A stretch of 56,856 bases of DNA, from contig JASANG010000245.1 of assembly GCA_030248215.1 (NCBI GenBank), positions 372,001 to 428,856 on the forward strand. The letters run 5' to 3'. Numbering within the stretch: position 1 is the first letter of the stretch; every line of letters begins with the position of its first letter. Under the pieces are notes generated by a model. That model did not search any database and was not told where the DNA came from. It saw nothing but the letters and a program-made list of their open reading frames with translations. Made by a program: the position numbers and the translations under genes. This DNA comes from Enoplolaimus lenunculus. Its lineage: Eukaryota. Shown here piece by piece: positions 39,081 to 50,385 of the stretch.

Positions 39081-40586
39081 AGTCAAGTATACCACAATGC
39101 TAAACAAGACTCTAACATACTAAACAATAAGATCAGGTTGCACTGGTGTTGCACATTTGTGTTATCTGATATTTCATTGTGAAACAAAGTGGCATCAAAG
39201 ACGACTTTTGATTCTACCGTCGTCAATCTTTGGGCCAAGCCAGGATATACGTCCCCACGATGCTGTTGTCGTCCAACCGGCTTTCTGGTTTATTTGTGAT
39301 GTTAATCAGGTTTCCTTTTCTCGGCATTTCTCTTTAGGCATGGTAGACTAAGCTCCAACGGTAGTTTTAAGCTGGTTCATAAAATCGGTTGATTTTAAAA
39401 ATTTTGGTTAGCAAACGCGTACGGTTCAAATGGTTATGTATAAATTTTGACCACGGTGCGACCGGATATTAAGGTAGCGGATACTGGAATCGGAGCTGGA
39501 TATTGAAGTTTTTTGACCGGAACCGGATACTGGATACGTATAGCATGTAAATATGAGTACTGTTGAAGGTAATTGAGTCGCGCAAAAGTATATTTATATA
39601 TGTTTACTGAATTAAAATTAATTGGTTATATTATTGATTCTATTTCAGTTTGTGAAAAAGTTTACAATTTTGTTTGCAAAGAAAGGTAATCGCAGCAAAA
39701 CGTTAAATTGTGTCCACTTGTCAGAAGTAGGTTTGGAGTACTCGCGGACTCGGGACCACGGCCATAGATATCTGGCATCCGGTAGGTTTATACCAGAACT
39801 GAGTACGGATATTGATTTTTGCCTAATATTAAACCGGAACCGGATATCGATTTTTGCCGGATGTAAAACCGGAACCCGATATTCGGTCGCACGTAGTGTC
39901 AGATTAAAGAGAGTAGGCCCATTGTCTTGTACAAATGTGCAATCGTACCGTTGCTAGTCTGATTCATGGACGAGCACGAATTGACTTGATACAAGGCCTC
40001 TCCAGAAGGTACCCTCTGTTATTCGGTTACGGGCTGTTATTTATTTTTTTAACCCACGCTCTGCCACCCTTCGTTACTGGTATATATCTGATACTGCAAT
40101 TATACGCTGAATTAAAGGTATATATGTCTTATGTCAATAGTTTGAGCGTTAATGCAACGTTATAGGTACTTAGAAATATACTTTCAAAACTTAAGTACGC
40201 TTTAAAGTTTCGAAGTCAAATTATTTAGTCCTGGAGTCATTTATGAATAATTGACATTTATGAACTCCAATTATGGTTTATGGACTCTATCCGCTTACGG
40301 ACTCTTATTACGGATACGGACTCCTATTGATTTGGACCCAAAATTGGAACACCCCTCTTATCCGGGTCACTACAGTAGCTGGTTTACACTTCTGTATATG
40401 CCGCTACGTACCACAGATTAAGAGTTTAAAGTGTAAAAATTGGCCAAATGTGTGTGTAGTTCTGTTTAAACATCGGATTTGGCTATTTTTTAAGTTGAGG
40501 AAAATAGGCTCAAGGTCAACTCTGTGCCTTGTTAATCTCGTACTGAAATAGGCGAGTACTGCAACAGGTGGCGAAGGCATACAAGG

Positions 40587-41020
40587 CAGGGTGCAACCGG
40601 AATTTCGATTCTGATTACAATTCCGATTCAAAACGAGTTCTGATTGCGACTGTGATTGCACAATCAATCGGAATCGGAATATTGACATTGTAATTTTAAA
40701 TCTTACATCTTTGTGATACATTGCATAAAAATTTTGTATTATTTATCGCGTAAATTGCTTTCGATGCGTCGTTAACTTATCAATAATTGATTATAGATTA
40801 GCTTTTATAGCACTAAAAATCATCGCCAACTGGTTCATGCAATTTTTTTGCCAATTTTTGCCACTAAACAGACACTCAAATCAACCCGATATTTGTCAAT
40901 ACAAATTTTCCGTACACTCGCAAATTTTCGAGTTCCGATTCTGATTCCGATTACAGTTCCGGTATAAATTTGCTGGTCCGATTCCGATTCCGGTATAATC
41001 CTGTTCCGCTTTGCACCCTG
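40587..41020 (+). mobile_element. hAT-like MITE family C (mirror ~55392-55837)
   Basis: CAGGGTGCAA / TTGCACCCTG; TSD ATACAAGG/ATATAAGG (7/8). Confidence 0.85.
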
Positions 41021-41481
41021 ATATAAGGTTAATATTGACCGATAAGAGTGCAGCTGGCAATACCGTTAAACGAGTACTGGGTACGTAATTTTTTACCTGA
41101 CTTAGTCTATTTTAGCGTATGACGACTCTTTAGACACTGTGTACTATGTAATAGGCTGTGTTAAGTATCGCGTATTGTTTACCTCTTCTTAAGCTCATGT
41201 GGCGAAATGAACAAATTGCCCGTCACCGTTCGTTTTTGATTTTGGGTTTTGTGAACGCGCCTGGTTCTGGTTTCTGGTGTACTAAATCTTAGTAGTTTGG
41301 TCTAAAAATCAAGTAAAATTGGTAAGAGATATGTATATACAGCTTATATGTAGCGCGGTGGTAGTCTTTTATTATGTAGGTTTGAAGCAGAAAGTGTTGG
41401 TGTTAGTACTATTTCGTTTACTGCCGATGTCAAACATTAAGCACATCACTGCTGCTAGTCATGTGATTTTCACGAGATAAT

Positions 41482-41857
41482 GGCTGGGTTTCTGAAACCC
41501 TACTTAAGTATGACTTAGTATTTAAGTAAGTACTAAGTATTTACTTAATCAGTTTGTCGCTTTCAAAGGCGTACTTAAGTTAAGTAAATACTTAAGTCGC
41601 TGACTGTATTTTACAAATTACAAATTACAAATTAACAGCTTAGGCATACGAACAACCTTGGTTGAATTAAAATTGTAGACTCATGCCATCTCCTCAATAT
41701 AATGCAAAACTATTAATTCATTGTTGTGACAATGACTGACATTTGGCGTTTATTTGTTTTTGTTCGAAAATTTAAGTATTTACTTAAGTCGGCGACTTAA
41801 GTAATTACTTAGGCATAACTTAAGTAAATACTTAATTAAGATTTCAGAAACCCAGCC
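41482..41857 (+). mobile_element. MITE family F, 3-bp AAT TSD, PIF/Harbinger-group (mirror ~54555-54918)
   Basis: Perfect TIR GGCTGGGTTTCTGAAA; AAT on both flanks. Confidence 0.85.
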
Positions 41858-42190
41858 AATAGGTAGATAGACAAATAGTGTATTGCTGAGGTGCATGGAT
41901 GAAAGGATGATTAGGTTCGAACGGCGCTAGGCAGAATTTTTTTGTGATAAAATGATAAGGTCCCTACCGTACAATTATTGCGTTTCATAACTTTTGCCAG
42001 CCCACCGTCCCCTCATCAAAAATTATTGGAGCGGTCTCTGGGGGGTGGGGTTCGTGCAAACAAATGTGACGGGCGACACCCGTGTTCGAATATATTTTCT
42101 GCGGCTAGAAATTATGGTTTAAACATTTAACTGGTTTGGCTGGCTATATATGTGTATATAAATATGTTAGAAAAGGAAACGGTTCCGAAG

Positions 42191-42900
42191 CAGGGATGTG
42201 CCGATTAATCGGCATTTGCAAATCATCGGCACTTTTTCGGTGAGTACCGGCATCGGCACCGCGAAAACGTTGCCGATTCTTTGCCGATGCATACTTTTGG
42301 CACTTAGCCGACCAGCTGGAATGTTATCGATTTCGTTTAGTACCTAAAGGGTATCAGTGTGTATGTCTGATCAGGAAACTGTGATGCCTGTTGCGGTTGT
42401 GTTTAAAAATTAATATTATTTAAAAAAGCTGTTCTCATGAAATTATAACCGTTTATGGTTGTTAGGGTTGCAGCGCTATACTTTTGTTGACGTCCGGCGC
42501 CGTCCGTCATCCATACGGCACCGTCAGTCACCGTGCGTCATCCATACGGCACCGTGCGTCAGCCGTACAGGGCCGTCCGTCACCGTCCGTCATTCATACG
42601 GCACCGTCCGTCACCGTGCGTCAGCCGTACAGGGCCGTCCGTCACCGTGCGTCAGCCGTACAGGGCCGTCCGTCACCGTGCGTCAGCCGTACAGGGCCGT
42701 CCGTCACCGTGCGTCAGCCGTACAGGGCCGTCCGTCACCGTGCGGTATCATACGCGAATAACTCACGTACGATAACGTATGGTGACAGACGGTGACGAGC
42801 GGCGCCGTACGGGTAACGCACCGTGACGGACGGTGTCGAACGTCGAGTATAGCGAAACCCTTAGGGTTCAAGCCTTCGCAATTAATAATGTTGTAGTGTC
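42191..42900 (+). mobile_element. Family D MITE interrupted by a nested family E element
   Basis: CAGGGATGTGCCGATT start; D sequence ...ggttgTTA resumes as TTAgggttcaagcctt after 42860. Confidence 0.75.
42465..42860 (+). mobile_element. PIF/Harbinger-like MITE family E with 31-bp tandem expansion (mirror ~53534-53941)
   Basis: GGGTTGCAGCGCTATACT / AGTATAGCGAAACCC; TTA TSD (42462-42464, 42861-42863). Confidence 0.85.
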
Positions 42901-43004
42901 GTCACGCTCAAATATGAACCCCCGATTCTTATTACATCTGCCGCTCTTGTTTGGGTTATAGCTTTATGCAAACATTCGGAAATACGACCGTTTTTGGGCA
43001 AATG

Positions 43005-43820
43005 CGGACGGATGGAATTACCGCAGACCCTATAGTCTCGTTTGAGCGGATGGACTTACCGGATACTCTATGGCGGATGGAATTACCACAGACCCTATAG
43101 TCTCTTCTGGGCGGATGGAATTACCGGCTATTTTATAGTCTCGTCTGGGCGGATGGAATTACCGGATATTTTATAGTCTCGTCTGGGCGGATGGAATTAC
43201 CAGAGACCCTATAGTCTCGTCTGGGCGGATGGAATTACCGGAGACCCTATAGTCTCGTCTGGGCGGATGGAATTACCGGAGACCCTATAGTCTCGTCTGG
43301 GCGGATGGAATTACCGGAAACCCTATAGTCTCGTCTGGGCGGATGGAATTACCGGAGACCCTATAGTCTCGTCGGGGCGGATGGAATTACCGGAGACCGT
43401 ATAGTCTCGTCTGGGCGGATGGAATTACCGGAGACCCTATAGTCTCGTCGGGGCGGATGGAATTACCGGAGACCGTATAGTCTCGTCTGGGCGGATGGAA
43501 TTACCGGAGACCCTATAGTCTCGTCTGGGCGGATGGAATTACCGGAGACCCTATAGTCTCGTCTGGGCGGATGGAATTACCGGAGACCCTATAGTCTCGT
43601 CTGGGCGGATGGAATTACCGGAGACCCTATAGTCTCGTCTGGGCGGATGGAATTACCGGAGACCGTATAGTCTCGTCTGGGCGGATGGAATTACCGGAGA
43701 CCCTATAGTCTCGTCTGGGCGGATGGAATTACCGGAGACCCTATAGTCTCGACTGGGCGGATGGAATTACCGGAGACCATATAGTCTCGTGGCGGATTTG
43801 AATTACCGGAGAACTTATAG
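43005..43820 (+). repeat. 38-bp minisatellite ~20 units (mirror ~52630-53400)
   Basis: Unit CCGGAGACCCTATAGTCTCGTCTGGGCGGATGGAATTA, head-to-tail with no spacers. Confidence 0.97.
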
Positions 43821-43926
43821 CCTTTTGTTGGTGGGTTAATGTAAAGTATAGGCTGGGTGTTACTAACCGGCCGAAATTCGTTTGTTTCTGGGTGTTTCCA
43901 CAAGAAGTATTGGTTATTGATGACAT

Positions 43927-44415
43927 CGTTTCCGTCGAATTACCCTAATTTCGCGTTTCCGTCGAGTTACCTGATTCCGCGTTTCCGTCGAGTTACCTGA
44001 TTCCGCGTTTCCATCGAGTTACCTGATTCCGCGTTTCCGTCGAGTTACCTGATTCCGCGTTTCCGTCGAGTTACCGTAATTCCGCGTTTCCATCGAGTTA
44101 CCTGATTCCGCGTTTCCGTCGAGTTACCTGATTCCGCGTTTCCGTCGAGTTACCTGATTCCGCGTTTCCGTCGAGTTACCTGATTCCGCGTTTCCGTCGA
44201 GTTACCTGATTCCGCGTTTCCGTCGAGTTACCTGATTCCGCGTTTCCGTCGAGTTACCTGATTCCGCGTTTCCGTCGAGTTACCTGATTCCGCGTTTCCG
44301 TCGAGTTACCTGATTCCGCGTTTCCCTCGAGTTACCTGATTCCGCGTTTCCGTCGAGTTACCTGATTCCGCGTTTCCGTCGAGTTACCCTTATTCCGCGT
44401 TTCCGTCGAGTTACT
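43927..44415 (+). repeat. 26-bp minisatellite ~18 units (mirror ~52040-52515)
   Basis: Unit GTTTCCGTCGAGTTACCTGATTCCGC. Confidence 0.97.
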
Positions 44416-44799
44416 TCAAATTGGATCCGACGTCGATTCCGTTATTTGCTAATTTGTAACTGCGTAGGTTCCGATTCTGATTAGAATCGGTGCTAAAATT
44501 CAATTCAGTTACGGTTAATTTTGATTTTAAAACACAATTTTGAAACCAAACCGCTAATTGAAGTAAGGTGAAGCCAAGGTGTAAACGGAATACGTACAAC
44601 CGTCGTATGCAGCCTGTTTTGGCTGTCATCGTTTAAAACACAATGACACCAATCTCTCGGGTCTGTGTACGTATTATATCGTGGCAAAGGGCGTAGTACC
44701 AGAGGTTTTAGGGGTCAACTTCACTGTTTGGGTTTGTGTATAGTGGTTGTTTTGGCAACTTTTTAGTTGGTACCGCAAGCAATCGTCCATCGATACTTT

Positions 44800-45067
44800 G
44801 ACCAATGTAAAGAACAAGGGCGGAACAGTATTATAAGCATATTTCTAAGCCTAAGACTAAGCTTAAGCGTAAGAATGTACATATTCCTAAGCCTAAGCCT
44901 AAGCTTAAGCGTAAGAATGTGCATATTCCTAAGCCTAAGCCTAAGCGTAAGAATGAGTTTCTTTCTAAGCCTAAGTCTAAGCCAAGCAAAAAAATTAGTC
45001 TAAAGCTTAAGCGTACTCTTTTACAGTCCCACAGAAAAACGTGCCGCCGCTGATGTTTACATCGGCC
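44800..45067 (-). mobile_element. Merlin-like MITE family I with expanded (CCTAAG) modules (mirror ~51381-51649)
   Basis: GACCAATGTAAA / TTTACATCGGCC; TSD GATACTTT/GACGCTTT (6/8, both differences at a CpG). Confidence 0.8.
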
Positions 45068-46094
45068 GACGCTTTTATACACAATAAACCAATGTGTACA
45101 ATTTTGGCAACGTCACTCCTGGCGACGGCCAAAAAGTCAGCTTTCAAAAAGCCGTGAGTACACAGCCTAAAGTTTGTTCTCACGATGCATGCATGTGTAT
45201 GTATTCGTAGCTGAAAGTTTTGACCAATCAGATACAAACACCTTTAATCGTGTCATATATGGTGTTGTTGTTGCTTCAATTTAATTATCGTTCACATGAC
45301 GGTAGCAAAGGCTAACTTCTTACGTACCGCAGCCAACAGGAATGGCAGTCAATGCAGCCTGTTGTCGACGGGCGAACCCGAGAATGATTTTGTGTTGGTT
45401 GGCTGTTTCGTTTGACTCTAATGACAATCACGCACGAATATAATCGCGCCGGGCGGCTATGCATATTTGCTGATTTTAAGACACGACAAGAATACGCGGT
45501 ACTAAACAATATTAAGGTTGAAATCGGTAACTGTAGACAAATTTAAACGTCATATCCGGTTGTATTCTGATTGTGGTGGTAAATTTTGGCTAGTATCCGG
45601 TTACGGTATCCGGTGAAATGATATCCGGTTTCACGTTGCGAAGCGTTTGTCAGATTTACTTGTTCAGGAAATGTCACAAAGCATTGTCAAATTACCATTT
45701 TTAGTGTGTATTTCACCTTAAAATTGCAATTTTATCTTCTCGTTTGAGTTTACATTTGTGGGCAAAGTAAGTAAGTCAAATTTTCGACACTACGATAAAT
45801 ATGAATAATCCAAGTTGACAATTATATACGTAATTTTAATTCAATAAAGCTACGTATACTTTTCCGCGACTCAAATGATACCTCCAACAGAGCACCAATT
45901 GGAAACGCTATATCCGGTAAGTATCCGGTTCCGGTAAAAATTTGTTGACCAGCTCGGGTAAAAAATTTACTATCCGGATCTGGTAAAAATTTACTATCCG
46001 AATCCGGTAAAATTTTTTTATCCGATTTCAGTTTCCGCTAAATTAATTTCCGGTTGCGCCATGATTATATTTTATATATATATATATAATATAT

Positions 46095-46460
46095 CAGGGT
46101 GCAACCGGAATTACAATTTACCGGAACCGGAATTTGAAAATTTTACCGGAACCGGAAAGTGAAAAATGCATTTCACCAAAAATTTCATTTTAATCTTATT
46201 TTTTGCTCTATTATTTGTGAAATAACCTTAGTCGAACATAGGTATTTATTTTATTTGTTGTATTTTAGATTTTCAGCATCGACTGAAGTGAAATCCACAG
46301 CAATGGCTTATATTCGAGTACAAGTGGCTTTCAAAAGAGATTCTTAAAAATTAGCAAAGTTAAGAAAACGGCCAAATTATAATACCGGAATTTTTAAATC
46401 CGGTAAAAATTTACCGGACCGGAAGGTGAAAAATGCCGGAACCGGAATTCCGTTTGCACC

Positions 46461-46463
<3 letters not shown>
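46095..46463 (+). mobile_element. hAT-like MITE family A inserted in a (TA)n tract
   Basis: TIRs present; flanked by (TA)n on both sides. Confidence 0.9.
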
Positions 46464-46536
<73 letters not shown>

Positions 46537-47444
46537 GTATATATATATAATGTAAATTGGTTAATTAATCTTGCGCACCACTACATAAATTCAGAAATGA
46601 AGTATTTGTTATGAGTAGAAATGTTATCATATTTTATTGTGAAAGTTTATATCAGCTGCAGGGATGTATCTAAGATTTAAAGTTCGGGAGCGTATAATTT
46701 GATGTACAAGACAATTTTTAACCTTAAGAATCCAGATAATTTGGTCTTAAATGTCTCAAAAATGTATTTTCCCTGCCTGCCGAAAAGTTTCGCAATGGAA
46801 TATTTTCCTATATTTTCACTCTCTTGTTTACTACTTACTCTGATCAACAGCGTTGAACTTAAAGCGGATACAACAGGTTATATGAGTGATTAGATGAGCG
46901 AGTCGTTTCACTAACTTTAGAATATTGTATATCGTCTATATTATTTGTTATTATAATATTCTTATGCTGTTTATACCTGATATTTTGAGCGTATTTATAG
47001 TAGAATAATGGACAGATAAGCTCTATATTTATAAAGCACTGTTAATAATGATCATGCTATGTTTTCTTTATATATTTATTGATGTTTGCGAGCTTAGATG
47101 GATTATATCAAAATCCTTTGAAACAGCTTGGAATGGTTGTTAGTCATGAATGAATGATGATTTCTGTAAAGCGGGTTAATAGTAGAGATGCATCCGGATC
47201 GGGATTGCGGTTATTTCGGGTATTTTCACTGAAAAATTCGGATTCGGGTTTTGTTTCAAGAATTCCGGGTCCGGTATGGCAAGATCGGCGAATATCGGAT
47301 CTTGTTCGAATGTAATATTGGGTTGTTATGAATGTTATGGAGGGGGCGGGAGGGAGGGGGAGGGGAGGGGGAGGGGGGGCAGAAGAGAGGAAGGAGGGGA
47401 AGAAGAAAAGGCGGAAGAGGATAAAGGAGGGGGCACGGGGGGAA

Positions 47445-47481
<37 letters not shown>

Positions 47482-47969
47482 TTATATAAGCAAACTAAGC
47501 ATTTATTTTTGGCAAAAAAAGAAGCTTGTGGTAAGAATTTTATAATTTAAAGAAATAATGAGATGATGTTAATTTTTTCTGTAGGGGGGAGTGTTTTGGG
47601 TTTTTTTTAGTTAGAGTTTATTAGGGATGAAGGAGTGATTATAGAAGGAAAGTTTATATGTAGAATTGATAATTGTATTAAATATATGTATTGATTTATG
47701 GTGTTGTTTACATAATTCAAAACTATACACCAAACAAAAATAAAAAATTTTCTCAATTATTTTACAAAATATAAAGTCTACATATATTTAACTTGAATAA
47801 TTGAACTAAAATTATATACTTAAAAATTAGAATGCCGTTTTCGACAGATTATAAATATATACTCACATATTTCGCCCGTTTCGAGATAATAAATTTTGAC
47901 ATAAAAGTATCTTACCGCTAGCAAGCTTTCATTTCTGTGTTGACCAAAAAATAAATAGCTTTAGTTTGC

Positions 47970-48044
<75 letters not shown>

Positions 48045-49859
48045 CATATATGATTTTACTGAAAATCAGCATCAGTGACTTTTCGAGCCGTCCGTAACTC
48101 AAAACTTTGTAAAAAAACTCAACGTTGATTCAGAAACGATTATCACTGGTTGATGGACAGGTCAAAATTCACGAACCAAGACTAATCATAGCCGGATCAA
48201 AGCTTATGATGCGTTTTTGTATTTCAATCAATTATGTTAAAAAGCACTTGATCGGCAGTAAAAATACTTTTTCGGGACGCAGCTTTGAGCCTTTGGCTAC
48301 GAGATAAAAATGTTAAATTTTCAACAACCCATAAAAGTTCTAAAATAGATGTTAGCTGGTAAGAACGGTAAATTACGTGTTGATTTTAAAGTTTTTTTTT
48401 CGTGTTGAAGCGTTACTGTTTATGGTTTTTAGGCTAAAACTTCTTTGAGAAATGTCGGATAACATTGTCAAATTACAGTTCGTCGTTAAAATACATACGT
48501 ATCGAGTAATCTAAGTATGGATGCGAGCTTTCGCGTACAAAAACTTGAAAAGTATAAAATTAAACACCGGTTATTAAAAATTGAAAATTTACTTTCGGAT
48601 ATTCGGACAAATGTATCCGGCAAGAATTGTCGGATATCCGGATATGAAACCATATTCGATGTCGATCATTACTGAAAATCACAACAATGAATATAAAATA
48701 TTGCATGCTTATGTGGTCACTATCGTATAACCTGTTATAACTTCTTTATTCAAACCGTGTGCAGGGACACATACAAGTGGAAAGATGGTACGTATTCGGC
48801 ACCACAGCCATAAGGCGTAAATATCCGGTATCCGGTTGGTTTATACCGGACACTGGAACCGGATACGGATATCAGTTTTTGTCGGGTATTAAACCGGAAC
48901 CGGATATCCGGTCGCACCTTGAATGTCATTCACAAAAATTTGTTTTAAGTAAATCACTAAGTAAAATATCGAATTAATAACTTAAAATGAGACATGTCAT
49001 GTCTGTACATCCCGACCATTCCAACCGTTCCTAATCAAGCATTCATAATCGTAACCCAAGTATATCTACGTAGGCTATTTGTAACCCAGAGATTCCGGAT
49101 ATTTCGTCCGGGTATCTTTGCCATACCCGGACCCGGAATTTCTTGAAACGAAAACCCGAATCCGGAATTTTTCAGTGAAAATACCCGAAATAACCGCAAT
49201 ACCCGGATCCGGATGCATCTCTACTATTAACCCGCTTTACAGAAATCATCATTCATTCATGACTAACAACCATTCCAAGCTGTTTCGAAGGATTTTGATA
49301 TAATCCATCTAAGCTCGCAAACATCAATAAATATATAAAGAAAACATAGCATGATCATTATTAACAGTGCTTTATAAATATAGTAGCTTATCTGTCCATT
49401 ATTCTACTATAAATACGCTCAAAATATCAGGTATAAACAGCATAAGAATATTATAATAACAAATAATATATACTATATAAAATATTCTAAAGTTAGTTAA
49501 ACGACTCGCTCATCTAATCACTCATATAACCTGTTGTATCCGCTTTAAGTTCAACGCTGTTGATCAGAGTAAGTAGTAAACAAGAGAGTGAAAATATAGG
49601 AAAATATTCCATTGCGAAACTTTTCGGCAGGCAGGGAAAATACATTTTTGAGACATTTAAGACCAAATTATCTGGATTCTTAAGGTTAAAAATTGTCTTG
49701 TACATCAAATTATACGCTCCCTTACTTTTAAAATCTAAGATACATCCCTGCAGCTGATATAAACTTTCACAATAAAATATGATAACATTTCTACTCATAA
49801 CAAATACTTCATTTCTGAATTTATGTAGTGGTGCGCAAGATTAATTAACCAATTTACAT

Positions 49860-49936
<77 letters not shown>

Positions 49937-49941
49937 TATAT

Positions 49942-50308
49942 CAGGGTGCAAACGGAATTCCGGTTCCGGCATTTTTCACCTTCCGGTTCCGGTAAATTTT
50001 TACCGGATTTAAAAATTCCGGTATTATAATTTGGCCGTTTTCTTAACTTTGCTAATTTTTAAGAATCTCTTTTGAAAGCCACTTGTACTCCGAATATAAG
50101 CCATTGATGGTGGATTTCACTTCAGTCGATGCTGAAAATCTAAAATACAACAAATAAAATAAATACCTATGTTCGACTAAGGTTATTTCACAAATAATAG
50201 AGCAAAAAATAAGATTAAAATGAAATTTTTGGTGAAATACATTTTTCACTTTCCGGTTCCGGTAAAATTTTCGACACAATTCGAGAATCTAATTCCGGTT
50301 GCACCCTG
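49942..50308 (-). mobile_element. Family A MITE, mirror copy of 46095-46463
   Basis: Same element and (TA)n flanks in the right arm of the fold-back. Confidence 0.9.
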
Positions 50309-50347
50309 ATATATATATATATATATATATATATTCCTCTTTACATA

Positions 50348-50385
<38 letters not shown>

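Noticed and set aside
38796..39107. Repetitive ORFs (QPYGAVR)n, and similar ORFs at 42459-42795, 53609-53938, 23994-24239, 52436-52741
   Set aside because: Stop-free translations of GC-rich minisatellites, open in several frames
43005..44415. CRISPR-like array (38-bp unit with hairpin)
   Set aside because: Units are head-to-tail without unique spacers, no cas genes, eukaryotic context
47276..47545. Gly/Glu/Lys-rich ORF or G-quadruplex island
   Set aside because: Coincides with the corrupted segment of the fold-back
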